The translations under genes were made by a program, and so were the position numbers. Shown in pieces: positions 28,633 to 37,405 of a stretch of DNA of 64,000 nucleotides; the stretch's first letter is position 1, and every line of letters begins with the position of its first letter. Below the pieces are notes generated by a model. The model saw only the letters and a program-made list of their open reading frames with translations. It was not told the origin of the DNA and ran no database searches. The stretch comes from an uncultured Candidatus Binatia bacterium (lineage in GTDB: Bacteria > Desulfobacterota > Binatia > UBA9968 > JAJDTQ01): positions 1,536,001 to 1,600,000 of the forward strand of contig OZ219754.1 of the NCBI GenBank assembly GCA_964291295.2. Direction: 5' to 3'.

Positions 28633-31240
28633 ACGTCCCCTTCTGGCGATGCCGCGCCCGGAGCGGCGAGCGCCCCCGGCGGGACGGCCGCCAATGGAAA
28701 AAATCTCCTCAGCCGATGCGAGTCGCCAGGCCGGAAGGCTCGGCCCCAAATTCGAACGGTTGGAGCGGGCGCTCGGGGATCCGGACGCGCTCAGCGAACT
28801 TCGCGACGATCCGTCCGAGATCGTTCCCGAACGCGCGCTCGTTTTCGAGGTCGCCAGTGAATTGGCCGACTTCTACCGGGCGGTGCGAGGCGTTCGGGGC
28901 CTGGAATTCCTCGGCGAGGCCGAAGGTGACGCCGCCCCAGACGAAGACTTTTACGTTCCGAACAAGGACGGCGACCCCCGAGGCGACAAACGGGTTCCTC
29001 GCAGATTCTATTTCACAATCCCGGACCAGACCGCTCTCAGGGAACTGGTGAGCCTATGGCGACGCTTCCAACGCGGCGAAGCACTTGGACGCGGTCGCAC
29101 TGCGTGGCGCGACGTGTTCGGTCATCTGGCGGATGTGCGGCCGTGGGGACCGCAAGACCGCCTGGCCACTGAAGCGGTCGAGGACTGGCGGGAACGGCTG
29201 CAATTCGCGCCTGATGCGCCGATCCGGTTAGAGGTTGAGTTCTGGTATCGCGGCAACGCCGCGCGCCGCGATACAGCCGAAACCACGTTCACGGAGAAGC
29301 TGCGCGAACTGGGTGGCCGGGTGCTTGACCGCGCAGTGATAGGCGACATCCGTTACCATGCCGCTCTGGTCGAGGTGTCGCCCAATGTCATTCGGGATGT
29401 GCTCGACCATCCCGATGTAGGCCTCGTAGCCTTCGAAGACGTGATGATGTTGAGGCCGCAATCCATGGTGTCCGGGCCGGTCGAGGGCGATCTTGAGGAA
29501 GCTGTGGAGGCGGGCGGAGGCGAAGGCGGCGCGGAAGCAGACGTACCGATAGCAGCCTTGCTCGACGGCGTGCCGATGGCACAGCACGACCGCCTCGCGA
29601 ACCGGCTGGTCATAGACGATCCGGACAGTTTCGGGGACGCATATGGCGCGGCGAGGGAACAACAACACGGCACCGCGATGGCGTCGCTGATCCTGCACGG
29701 CGACCTGAACACGCCGGATCCCGAACCGCCGGTCAGGCATCGTCTGTATGTCCGGCCGGTCATGTACCCGCAGCCGGGCGGGTTTGACGGTGTCAGGGAA
29801 GTCATGCCGCCGGACCGTCTCGTCATCGACCTGGTCTGGCGCGTCTTCATTCGCATGTTCGATGGCGAAGGCGGAGAAGATCCGACAGCGCCGACGGTGC
29901 GCATCGTCAATCTGTCCCTCGGCGATGCAAAACGGCGCTTTGCCGGTGTGATAAGTCCGTGGGCGCGCCTGATCGACCACCTCGCTTGGCGGCACAACGT
30001 CCTGATCCTTGTCAGCGCCGGGAACATCACGGAGCGCATGCCGCTTGAGAATGTCGATCAATGGGCAGATTTCGAAAATGCTGACGCCGATGAACGGCAG
30101 GCGACGCTGCTCCGCGCGATACTGCGTCAGCGTGCGAACCGGCGATTGCTCGCGCCTTCAGAAGCCGTCAATGCACTGACGGTCGGTGCCGCTCATAACG
30201 ACCACCTCGCGCCGAACGGACAAGGCGCGATGGCGGTCGATCCGTATGCAAGCCCAGTCCTGCCGAACATGAGTTCGGCGCTGGGGCTGGGCTTCAAACG
30301 CACGATCAAACCGGAGGTCCTTTTTCCTGGCGGCGCGGAACAGGTTCGCGCGAGTTCAACCCATGCGCCGATCGAGGTCGGCCCCGTAACGCCGCCGGCG
30401 AATTTTTTCGGCATCGGCGTGGCCAGTCCTGGACTTGCCGGGCAGACAAACCGCAAGCGCAACATGAGCGGCACAAGCGTCGCGACGGCGCTGGCGACAC
30501 ACAACGCCTTGCGCATCCTCGAAGCGCTGGAAGACCTGCCGGACGATCCTGCGTATCCGGAAGTCGACCGGGCATATCACGCCGTCATCCTCAAGGCGTT
30601 GCTCGTTCACAGCGCCTGCTGGAACAGGGACGCTGCGGACGTCCTCAAGACCATCATCATTGAGAACGGGACACTGCACTGGGAGCATGAGCGGGACGAA
30701 ATCAGCCGCTTTCTCGGCTTCGGCTGCCCGGACATCGAGCGCGTCGTCGATTGCGCCGAGAACCGCGCAACCCTGATCGGCTGGAACACGATCACTTCAA
30801 AGGGAACGGATCGGTTCGCGGTGCCGCTTCCCGCCGAGTTGGAAGGAACGGCCGGATTCCGGGCGCTGTCAGTCACAGTTGCGTGGCTGACGCCTACCAC
30901 GCTTTCGCACCGCATGTACCGCCTTGCGAAGTTCAAGGCCGGTCCCGGCGGCGACAGTAAGTTCTCTATCGGTGCTGGCAACGCGAAGCAACAACCGTCG
31001 CACAACGCCCTCGGCAAGGGCACCGTCTATCATCAGCGCTGGGAAGGCGAAGACGCGGCGGAATTCGTTGATGACGGCAATCTCGTGCTCGATGTTACAT
31101 GCTCACCGGCAGCCGGTGATCTGGACGATCAGATCACCTATGCCGTGGCCGCAACCCTGGAAGTTGGTCAGGATGTCGCCGTATCGGTCTATGAGCGCGT
31201 TCGCGAGCGGCTGCGGGAGATCGTTCGGGTTCGGGCCTGA
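28625..31240 (+). CDS. S8 subtilisin-like serine peptidase (IetS/Y4bN-like)
   Basis: Triad ALLDG, HGTAMAS, SGTSVAT; VNLSLG, SAGN, IKPE. Overlaps the ATPase stop. Confidence 0.9.
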   Translation: MAERPLLAMPRPERRAPPAGRPPMEKISSADASRQAGRLGPKFERLERALGDPDALSELRDDPSEIVPERALVFEVASELADFYRAVRGVRGLEFLGEAEGDAAPDEDFYVPNKDGDPRGDKRVPRRFYFTIPDQTALRELVSLWRRFQRGEALGRGRTAWRDVFGHLADVRPWGPQDRLATEAVEDWRERLQFAPDAPIRLEVEFWYRGNAARRDTAETTFTEKLRELGGRVLDRAVIGDIRYHAALVEVSPNVIRDVLDHPDVGLVAFEDVMMLRPQSMVSGPVEGDLEEAVEAGGGEGGAEADVPIAALLDGVPMAQHDRLANRLVIDDPDSFGDAYGAAREQQHGTAMASLILHGDLNTPDPEPPVRHRLYVRPVMYPQPGGFDGVREVMPPDRLVIDLVWRVFIRMFDGEGGEDPTAPTVRIVNLSLGDAKRRFAGVISPWARLIDHLAWRHNVLILVSAGNITERMPLENVDQWADFENADADERQATLLRAILRQRANRRLLAPSEAVNALTVGAAHNDHLAPNGQGAMAVDPYASPVLPNMSSALGLGFKRTIKPEVLFPGGAEQVRASSTHAPIEVGPVTPPANFFGIGVASPGLAGQTNRKRNMSGTSVATALATHNALRILEALEDLPDDPAYPEVDRAYHAVILKALLVHSACWNRDAADVLKTIIIENGTLHWEHERDEISRFLGFGCPDIERVVDCAENRATLIGWNTITSKGTDRFAVPLPAELEGTAGFRALSVTVAWLTPTTLSHRMYRLAKFKAGPGGDSKFSIGAGNAKQQPSHNALGKGTVYHQRWEGEDAAEFVDDGNLVLDVTCSPAAGDLDDQITYAVAATLEVGQDVAVSVYERVRERLREIVRVRA

Positions 31241-31273
31241 TGGGCTCGGCTTCCGCGGCACGGATCGTGGCTG

Positions 31274-31380
31274 AGACTTGGGTCGTGTGGATGGATTTGA
31301 TCAAGGTGAACGCAGCGGCGAGTGCGATGAAGGAGATGAAGTTTGTGCGGTTTTTTCGCAGCGCAGTGGGATGCGCGTGA
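31274..31380 (-). pseudogene. IS5-family transposase C-terminal remnant
   Basis: RIPLRCEKTA / FISFIALAAAFTLIKSIHTT split across two frames. Confidence 0.5.
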
Positions 31381-31386
31381 CCCAGC

Positions 31387-31642
31387 TCAAGGCGCTGAAG
31401 GCCTTCGCCGCACGACAGCGCGACGCCCCTCCCGATACCCTGGCCGCCGCCGTGATGACGATGGCGCGGATCGACGGTCCTATCCATCGCACCCGAGGAC
31501 CACCCCCGGGAACAAAGGTGATCTGGCGTGGACACGCCACCCTCGTTGAATGGTGCATCGGACCCCAACTCATGATGGAGCAGAAAACGTGAAAAAACGG
31601 CCACCCTCATTACACTCGAAACACTTGTGGAGCATGGCAGCT
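31387..31642 (+). mobile_element. Degenerate right-end fragment of the same IS as 944-3393
   Basis: Sequence closely parallels ~3136-3393 (KALKAFAARQR..PPDTLA...WCIG.QLMMEQ; ACTTGTGGAGCATGG) and is followed by CTAG. Confidence 0.9.
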
Positions 31643-32257
31643 CTAGCCCGCCAGGATCCGGCGGACCCGCCTGGTGATGTCGCCGTCCCGGGTCAGGTCG
31701 CTGATCATGGCGGCGGCGTCCGCTCCGCGGCGCCATGTCTGCGCGGCGTTTTCGGCGGTGATGCCGCCGATGGCAACGATGGGAATACGCACCCGGCGGC
31801 GCACGGACGCCAGCATGGAGAGTCCCCGGGAGGCATGGCCGGTCTCCTTGGTGGCGGTGGGGAAGACGGGGCCGAAACCGATGTAGTCGGCCCCGCCCCG
31901 CTCCGCCGCCTCCGCCTGTTCCAGGCTGTGGGTGGAGACGCCGATCCGCAGGGTGCCCACCAGCGGCCGGGCGGCCTCCAGCGGCAGGTCGTCCTGTCCC
32001 AGGTGCACGCCGTCGGCGCCAGCGGCCAGGGCGATGTCCACGCGGTCGTTGACGATGAGGAGACAGCCCGCGCGGGCGGTGCGGCGGCGAGCGCTCAGGG
32101 CCAGACGCAGGAATTCGTCGGCCGGGCGCTCCTTCACTCTCAGCTGGAGCACCGAAACGCCTCCCGCCAGCATGGCGTCGATGACCGAAACCAGGGTGCG
32201 GCTCCCGGTCCGGTCCGGGTCCGCGATGGCATAGAGTCTCGACGGCAGACGGTTCAT
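31643..32257 (-). CDS. thiE: Thiamine-phosphate synthase
   Basis: QLRVK, IVNDRVD, DGVHLGQDD, GVSTH, DYIGFGPVFPTATK, AIGGI. Confidence 0.95.
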   Translation of the reverse strand: MNRLPSRLYAIADPDRTGSRTLVSVIDAMLAGGVSVLQLRVKERPADEFLRLALSARRRTARAGCLLIVNDRVDIALAAGADGVHLGQDDLPLEAARPLVGTLRIGVSTHSLEQAEAAERGGADYIGFGPVFPTATKETGHASRGLSMLASVRRRVRIPIVAIGGITAENAAQTWRRGADAAAMISDLTRDGDITRRVRRILAG

Positions 32258-33726
32258 GGTTCCCGCTTCACGGTGATCTTGAGGTCCGTGATCTTCTTTC
32301 GCAGGGTGTTGCGGTTGATGCCCAGCCGTTGGGCGGCGCGTACCTGGTTGCCGCGGCTCGCCTGCAGGGTCAGTTCGATGAGAGGTCGTTCCACCCGCGC
32401 CATGACCACGGAGTGGAGATTTTCCACCTGGATGCCGCGGGTACGCCGGAAATAGTCCGCCAGCTTGCCCCGGATGATCTCCTCCAGCGACAGGCTGTCG
32501 TAGTCGCCGGGCGCCGGTTCCGGTGCGCGCGACAGGGCGAAGTCCCGTGACGACAGGATCGGACCCGGGGACAGCACCGCCGCGCGGATGATCCGGTTCT
32601 CCAGCTCGCGCACGTTGCCGGGCCAGTCGTACTGCTGGAACTCCTTCAGCGCGTCCGGCGAAATCCCCGACACCTGTGTGCCCATGTCGCCGTTGACCTT
32701 GGCGATGAAAAAGTCCACCAGCGACGGGATGTCGGTGCCCCGCTCCCGCAACGGCGGGATGTGGAGCGGTATGACGTTCAGGCGAAAGTAGAGGTCGTCC
32801 CGGAAACGGTGCTCCTGGACCGCCTTCTCCAGGTTCCGGTTGGTCGCCGTCAGGAGCCGGGCGTCGGACCGGAGCACTTCCTTGCCGCCCACGCGCCGGT
32901 ACGAGCCGTCCTGCAGCACCCGCAACAGCTTGGTCTGAAGATCCAGCGGCAGTTCGCCGATCTCATCGAGAAAAAGCGTTCCTCCCTGGGCCATCTCGAA
33001 GTTTCCGAGGTGGCGTTCCAGCGCCCCGGTGAACGCTCCCTTCTCGTGGCCGAACAGCTCGGATTCGAGCAGGTCCCGCGGAATCGCCGCGCAGTTCACC
33101 GGCACCAGGGGTTTGTCCCAGCGGGCGGAGTTGTAGTGAATCGTCTTCGCCACCAGTTCCTTGCCGGTGCCGCTTTCGCCGTGGATCAGGATCGTGGTGT
33201 CGGTGTTGGCGATCTGCCCGATGGTCTTGAAGACCTTCTGCATGGCCGCGCTGGTGCCGATCATGTTGACGCCGGGCTCGTACCGCTTCTTGACTTCCTT
33301 CTTGAGGCCGCTGAGTTCCAGGGTGAGTCGGCGCCGGTCCAGGGCCTTCTCCACCACCATGTTCAGGACGTCCAGGTCGAAGGGTTTGGTGAGGTAGTCG
33401 AAGGCGCCGGCCTTCATGGCGTCGATGGCGTTGCGCATGGTGTTCTGCGCGGTCATGACGATGAACGGCACCTGCAGGCCCGATTCCCTGGCGAAGTCGA
33501 GGAGCGCCAGTCCCTCGATATCGGGGAGTCCGATGTCCAGCAGCACGGCGTCGAAGCCGGGGCGCGCCAGGGTGCGGGCGTCGGTTGCGGACTCATCCAT
33601 GCACTGCCGCGCATCCGCTCCCGTGGCGGCGGCGGCCACCCAGTATCCCTGCCCCTCGAGGGACTTCCGGAGCACGCGGCTCAGCGAGTCGTCGTCTTCC
33701 ACCAGCAGGATGCGGCCCTGTTCCAT
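32254..33726 (-). CDS. ntrC: Sigma-54-dependent response regulator (REC-AAA-Fis HTH), NtrC-like
   Basis: REC domain, [51 protein letters not shown]. Confidence 0.85.
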   Translation of the reverse strand: MEQGRILLVEDDDSLSRVLRKSLEGQGYWVAAAATGADARQCMDESATDARTLARPGFDAVLLDIGLPDIEGLALLDFARESGLQVPFIVMTAQNTMRNAIDAMKAGAFDYLTKPFDLDVLNMVVEKALDRRRLTLELSGLKKEVKKRYEPGVNMIGTSAAMQKVFKTIGQIANTDTTILIHGESGTGKELVAKTIHYNSARWDKPLVPVNCAAIPRDLLESELFGHEKGAFTGALERHLGNFEMAQGGTLFLDEIGELPLDLQTKLLRVLQDGSYRRVGGKEVLRSDARLLTATNRNLEKAVQEHRFRDDLYFRLNVIPLHIPPLRERGTDIPSLVDFFIAKVNGDMGTQVSGISPDALKEFQQYDWPGNVRELENRIIRAAVLSPGPILSSRDFALSRAPEPAPGDYDSLSLEEIIRGKLADYFRRTRGIQVENLHSVVMARVERPLIELTLQASRGNQVRAAQRLGINRNTLRKKITDLKITVKREP

Positions 33727-33731
33727 GGGCG

Positions 33732-34853
33732 TCAGTCCGGCCGGGCGGGCAGCGAGACCGTGAACAGGGACCCTTCACCCGGTTGGCTTGACACTCCCAG
33801 GCGGCCGCCGTGCTCCTTGACGGCGTGGTCGCAGATGGCCAGCCCGAGGCCGGTGCCGCGGCGTTTCCTGGTAAAGAAGGGCGAGAAGATGTCCGGCAGG
33901 TCGTCTTCGGCGATGCCCGTGCCGTCGTCGTGGAAATCCACGCTGACGAACTTCGTCGCACCGGAGTGTTCCATGCGCAGGGAGAAGTCCGTCTCCATGC
34001 GCGTGGTGACGGTGATGCAGGTGGGCCGGGCCTGGAGCGCGTTCTTCAGCAGGTTGAGGAAGACCTGGATCAGCCGGCTCCGGTCCCCCCGGATCACCGG
34101 CAGGCTGGGATCGAAGAGACGCCGGATGCGTACCCTGGCGGCGGCCGCCGCGTGGACCTCCAGGCCGAGGACGTGCTCCAGCAACTCGTGGACGTTGAGC
34201 GGCTCCCGGTGGAGCCCCGCCGGGCGCGCCAGGTCCAGCATCTGGTCCAGCAGCTGATTGACCCGGTCCACTTCCCGGATCATGATGTCCGTGTTTTCCA
34301 GCAGGGAAGGGTCGTGCGCCACCTCGGTGCGAATCAGTTGGGCCGCTCCCTTGATTCCTCCCAGAGGGTTCCTGATCTCGTGGGCCAGGCCCGCCGCCAG
34401 CTTGCCCAGCAGGGCCAGCCGGTCCGAGCGCCGCAGGTCTTCCTCCAGGGCCTGCCGCAGGGTCCGGTCACGCAGCAGCAGCACGCTGCCGGCGAGCCGT
34501 CCGTCCCGGTCCCGAAGGGGCGAGACCAGCGCACTCACGGGCACGCTCTTGCCCTGGGGTCTGAAGAACGGATTCTCCGCCCGGCTGGTACTCTCGTTCG
34601 GGCCGAGGCTGTTGTCGATCATGTCGAGCAGCCATGGGTTGGCGCGAAGGATGTCGTTGGAAGCCCCGGTCCGCAACCTGCCCGCCGAGAGACCGGTGAG
34701 GGTCTCGGCCGCCTGGTTCACGAAGGAGAGCCCGCGCCGCCGGTCCACCACCATGACGGCATCCTCCAGGCTGGTGAGAACGTCCTGCCAGGATACAGTC
34801 GCCGAAGCGTTGCCCGGGAGCGTTACGCTGGTCATGGGCCGCGGTCTCGACAT
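33732..34853 (-). CDS. ntrB: PAS-domain sensor histidine kinase, NtrB-like
   Basis: PAS (FVNQAAE.L.G), H-box LAHEIRNPL, NLLKNA, DDGTGI, FSPFFT, GTGLGL. Confidence 0.8.
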   Translation of the reverse strand: MSRPRPMTSVTLPGNASATVSWQDVLTSLEDAVMVVDRRRGLSFVNQAAETLTGLSAGRLRTGASNDILRANPWLLDMIDNSLGPNESTSRAENPFFRPQGKSVPVSALVSPLRDRDGRLAGSVLLLRDRTLRQALEEDLRRSDRLALLGKLAAGLAHEIRNPLGGIKGAAQLIRTEVAHDPSLLENTDIMIREVDRVNQLLDQMLDLARPAGLHREPLNVHELLEHVLGLEVHAAAAARVRIRRLFDPSLPVIRGDRSRLIQVFLNLLKNALQARPTCITVTTRMETDFSLRMEHSGATKFVSVDFHDDGTGIAEDDLPDIFSPFFTRKRRGTGLGLAICDHAVKEHGGRLGVSSQPGEGSLFTVSLPARPD

Positions 34854-35010
34854 GGGTGGTTTCGGAATCGGGTGGTCTCGGAAACGGAAAACCGGATGAT
34901 AGCCGGTGAAGGGGTCGGTTTCAAACCCGCCCGGAAGCCATGGCGCCGGCGTCCGGCGGAGACGTCCGGTTTGCATTGGGGCGCCTCCATGTAGTATGGG
35001 AACAGGCAGC

Positions 35011-35038
35011 AGTGGGCGCTTCGCCCGCTTTTTTATTT
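35011..35038 (+). promoter_or_regulatory. rimP-leader terminator-like hairpin
   Basis: AGTGGGCG-CTT-CGCCCGCT followed by a T-run just upstream of rimP; matches the widespread rimP leader pattern. Confidence 0.65.
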
Positions 35039-35069
35039 GAGTTGACGAAGTTGAGTTGACGAAGTTGGG

Positions 35070-35570
35070 TTGCCGATGTCGCCAGGCGAGACACTGGATC
35101 GTCTTTGGGAGTTGGTCAGTCCCTTGGCCGCGGGCGCGGGACTGGATGTGGTGGACATCGAACTTCGGCACGAGGGGAGATCGGGACGGGTGCTGCGCGT
35201 GTATCTCGACAGGCTTGAGAAGCAGGACGAGAGAGAGGCCCCCGGAGTAGAGGAATTGGGCCGGATCAGCAGGGAGTTGAGCGATATCCTTGACGTCCAT
35301 GACGTGGTCGAGGGCTCCTACACCCTGGAGGTTTCCTCTCCCGGCATCAACCGTCCGCTCAGGAAACCGGAGCATTTTGCCCGCTGCGTCGGGCAGCAGG
35401 TCCGGGTCCATACCGTGGAGTTGATCGGCGGCCGAAGAAAGTTCCTCGGCCTGCTGCACGATGCCGCCGGCGACGGTGTCGTGGTGCTGCAGGACGGGCG
35501 CGAAGTATTTATCCCGTTCGGCCTTATCGTCAAGGCCAACGTCGAGCACGACTGGGCGTCGCACGGATGA
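35070..35570 (+). CDS. rimP: Ribosome maturation factor RimP
   Basis: VLRVYLD, ISRELS.ILDV.D, YTLEVSSPGINRPL. Confidence 0.95.
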   Translation: MPMSPGETLDRLWELVSPLAAGAGLDVVDIELRHEGRSGRVLRVYLDRLEKQDEREAPGVEELGRISRELSDILDVHDVVEGSYTLEVSSPGINRPLRKPEHFARCVGQQVRVHTVELIGGRRKFLGLLHDAAGDGVVVLQDGREVFIPFGLIVKANVEHDWASHG

Positions 35571-35598
35571 CCGGGGAAAGCGCGGTCGGGGGCTGGAG

Positions 35599-37125
35599 AT
35601 GCAGCAGGATCTGAATCGAGTCATCGAGCAGGTGACAAAGGAGAAGGGTATCGACAAGGAGATCCTTGTCGAAGCCATCGAGTCCGCCATGGTGTCGGCG
35701 GCCAAGAAGACCTTCGGAGCGGAGCGCAGCTTCGAGGCGCAGTACAACCCCGACATCGGGGAGATCGAGTTGTTCGAGGCCAAGGTGGTGGTGGACGACG
35801 TCGCCGACCCCGATACCGAGATCGATTTCGACGAGGTCCGCGAGACGCTGGATCCGGACGCGGAACTGGGCGACGAACTGCTCATGAAGATCGACTCCGC
35901 GGTGTTCGGCCGGATCGCGGCCCAGGCGGCCAAGCAGAACATCGTGCAGCGGGTCCGGGATGTCGAGCGCGAGATCATCTTCAACGAGTTCAAGGACCGC
36001 CAGGGCGAGCTGGTCCACGGCATCGTTCAGCGCTTCGAGAAGAACAACATCATCGTGAACCTGGGAAGGACCAATGCGATCCTGCCGGAAAAGGAGCAGG
36101 TGCCGCGGGAACGATACCGGCAGGGGGACAGGATCCGCGCCTACATCGTCAGCGTCGAGATGACCAGCCGCGGCCCGCAGATCGTCCTGTCGCGCACTCA
36201 TCCGGGAATGCTGATCAAGCTGTTCGAGCAGGAGGTCCCCGAGATCTACGAAGGCATCGTCGAGGTCAAGGGAGCGGCGCGCGAGCCGGGCGGGCGGGCG
36301 AAGATCGCGGTGACCTCCAACGACCCCGACGTGGATCCGGTGGGCGCCTGCGTGGGGATGAAGGGCACCCGGGTCCAGTCGGTGGTGCAGGAACTGCGGG
36401 GAGAGAAGATCGACATCATCCACTGGATCTCCGAGCAGGCCGAGTATGTCTGCCGGGCGCTGGCCCCGGCCAAGGTCACCAAGATCCTGCTGGACGAGGA
36501 TGCGCACAGCATGGAGGTCATCGTTCCGGACGAGCAGCTCTCCCTGGCCATCGGGCGCAAGGGTCAGAACGTCCGACTGGCATCCCGGCTCACCGGCTGG
36601 GGCATCGACGCCCGCAGCGAGTCGGAGGCGGAGGAGGAGAGTCGGCTGGCGCGGCGGTCGCTCTCCGCGATCCCTGGCGTTGGCGAGGTGATGGCGGAGT
36701 TGCTCTACCAGTCCGGGTTCAAGTCGGCGGAGGATCTGACCGAGGCCGAGCCGGAGACCCTCAACGAGATCACCGGCATTGATTTGGAGAAGGCCGCGAT
36801 CATTCTGGATGCGGCCGCGCAGCACGTGGAGGAAGAGCGTGAACGGGCGGCCCGGGAGGCCGAGGAGGCGGCGGCAGCGGCGGCAGAGGAGGCCGCAGCC
36901 GGGGAAGGCGCAGCGGAGGAAGGTGTCGCCGGGGAGACCGAGGGCGCCGCCGGGGAAACCGGGGCAGCCGCCGGGGAGACCGAGGCAGCTGCCACGGAGA
37001 CCGAGGCTGCCGCTGCGGAAGGCGCCGCCACGGAACCTGCCGCTGCTAAAACCGAAGGCGTGGCCGCACCGGCTGTGGCACCGGACGAGGATGATGTGGA
37101 GCCGGGCTCCCGGCAAGGCGCGTGA
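35599..37125 (+). CDS. nusA: Transcription factor NusA with acidic Ala/Glu-rich repetitive tail
   Basis: FGRIAAQAAKQ, AREPGGRAKIAV, GACVGMKG, LAIGRKGQNVRLAS. Confidence 0.97.
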   Translation: MQQDLNRVIEQVTKEKGIDKEILVEAIESAMVSAAKKTFGAERSFEAQYNPDIGEIELFEAKVVVDDVADPDTEIDFDEVRETLDPDAELGDELLMKIDSAVFGRIAAQAAKQNIVQRVRDVEREIIFNEFKDRQGELVHGIVQRFEKNNIIVNLGRTNAILPEKEQVPRERYRQGDRIRAYIVSVEMTSRGPQIVLSRTHPGMLIKLFEQEVPEIYEGIVEVKGAAREPGGRAKIAVTSNDPDVDPVGACVGMKGTRVQSVVQELRGEKIDIIHWISEQAEYVCRALAPAKVTKILLDEDAHSMEVIVPDEQLSLAIGRKGQNVRLASRLTGWGIDARSESEAEEESRLARRSLSAIPGVGEVMAELLYQSGFKSAEDLTEAEPETLNEITGIDLEKAAIILDAAAQHVEEERERAAREAEEAAAAAAEEAAAGEGAAEEGVAGETEGAAGETGAAAGETEAAATETEAAAAEGAATEPAAAKTEGVAAPAVAPDEDDVEPGSRQGA

Positions 37126-37141
37126 AGACGGCACGCCGGAA

Positions 37142-37405
37142 ATGAGTGCCCGCTCGCCGGTACGGACCTGTCTGGGTTGCGGTCAGCGCGACGAAAAGGC
37201 CGCCTTGCGGCGGATTGCGATCACGGAAGACGGCCTGCGGCCGGAAGATCTGGGAGGACGAGGAGGCTACCTGCACGACAGCGAAGATTGTTGGCGGGCG
37301 TTCCTGAAACGGAAGAGCGTCTATCGGGCGTTTCGTCGTGATCTGTCTCGCAAGGATCGAGAGGATCTGGTGGGAAGGCTTCGCGTTCAATGGAGTGGGA
37401 AATGA
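37142..37405 (+). CDS. ylxR: YlxR/DUF448 family protein
   Basis: [15 protein letters not shown]....C; lies between nusA and infB. Confidence 0.85.
   Translation: MSARSPVRTCLGCGQRDEKAALRRIAITEDGLRPEDLGGRGGYLHDSEDCWRAFLKRKSVYRAFRRDLSRKDREDLVGRLRVQWSGK

Noticed and set aside
34905-34935. REP-like palindrome GGGGTCGGTTTCAAACCCGCCC
   Set aside because: Single degenerate copy with no others or a RAYT gene in the window, so it cannot be supported.
33732-36023. 763-aa histidine kinase ORF
   Set aside because: The N-terminal extension is antisense to rimP and nusA; the real kinase starts near 34853.
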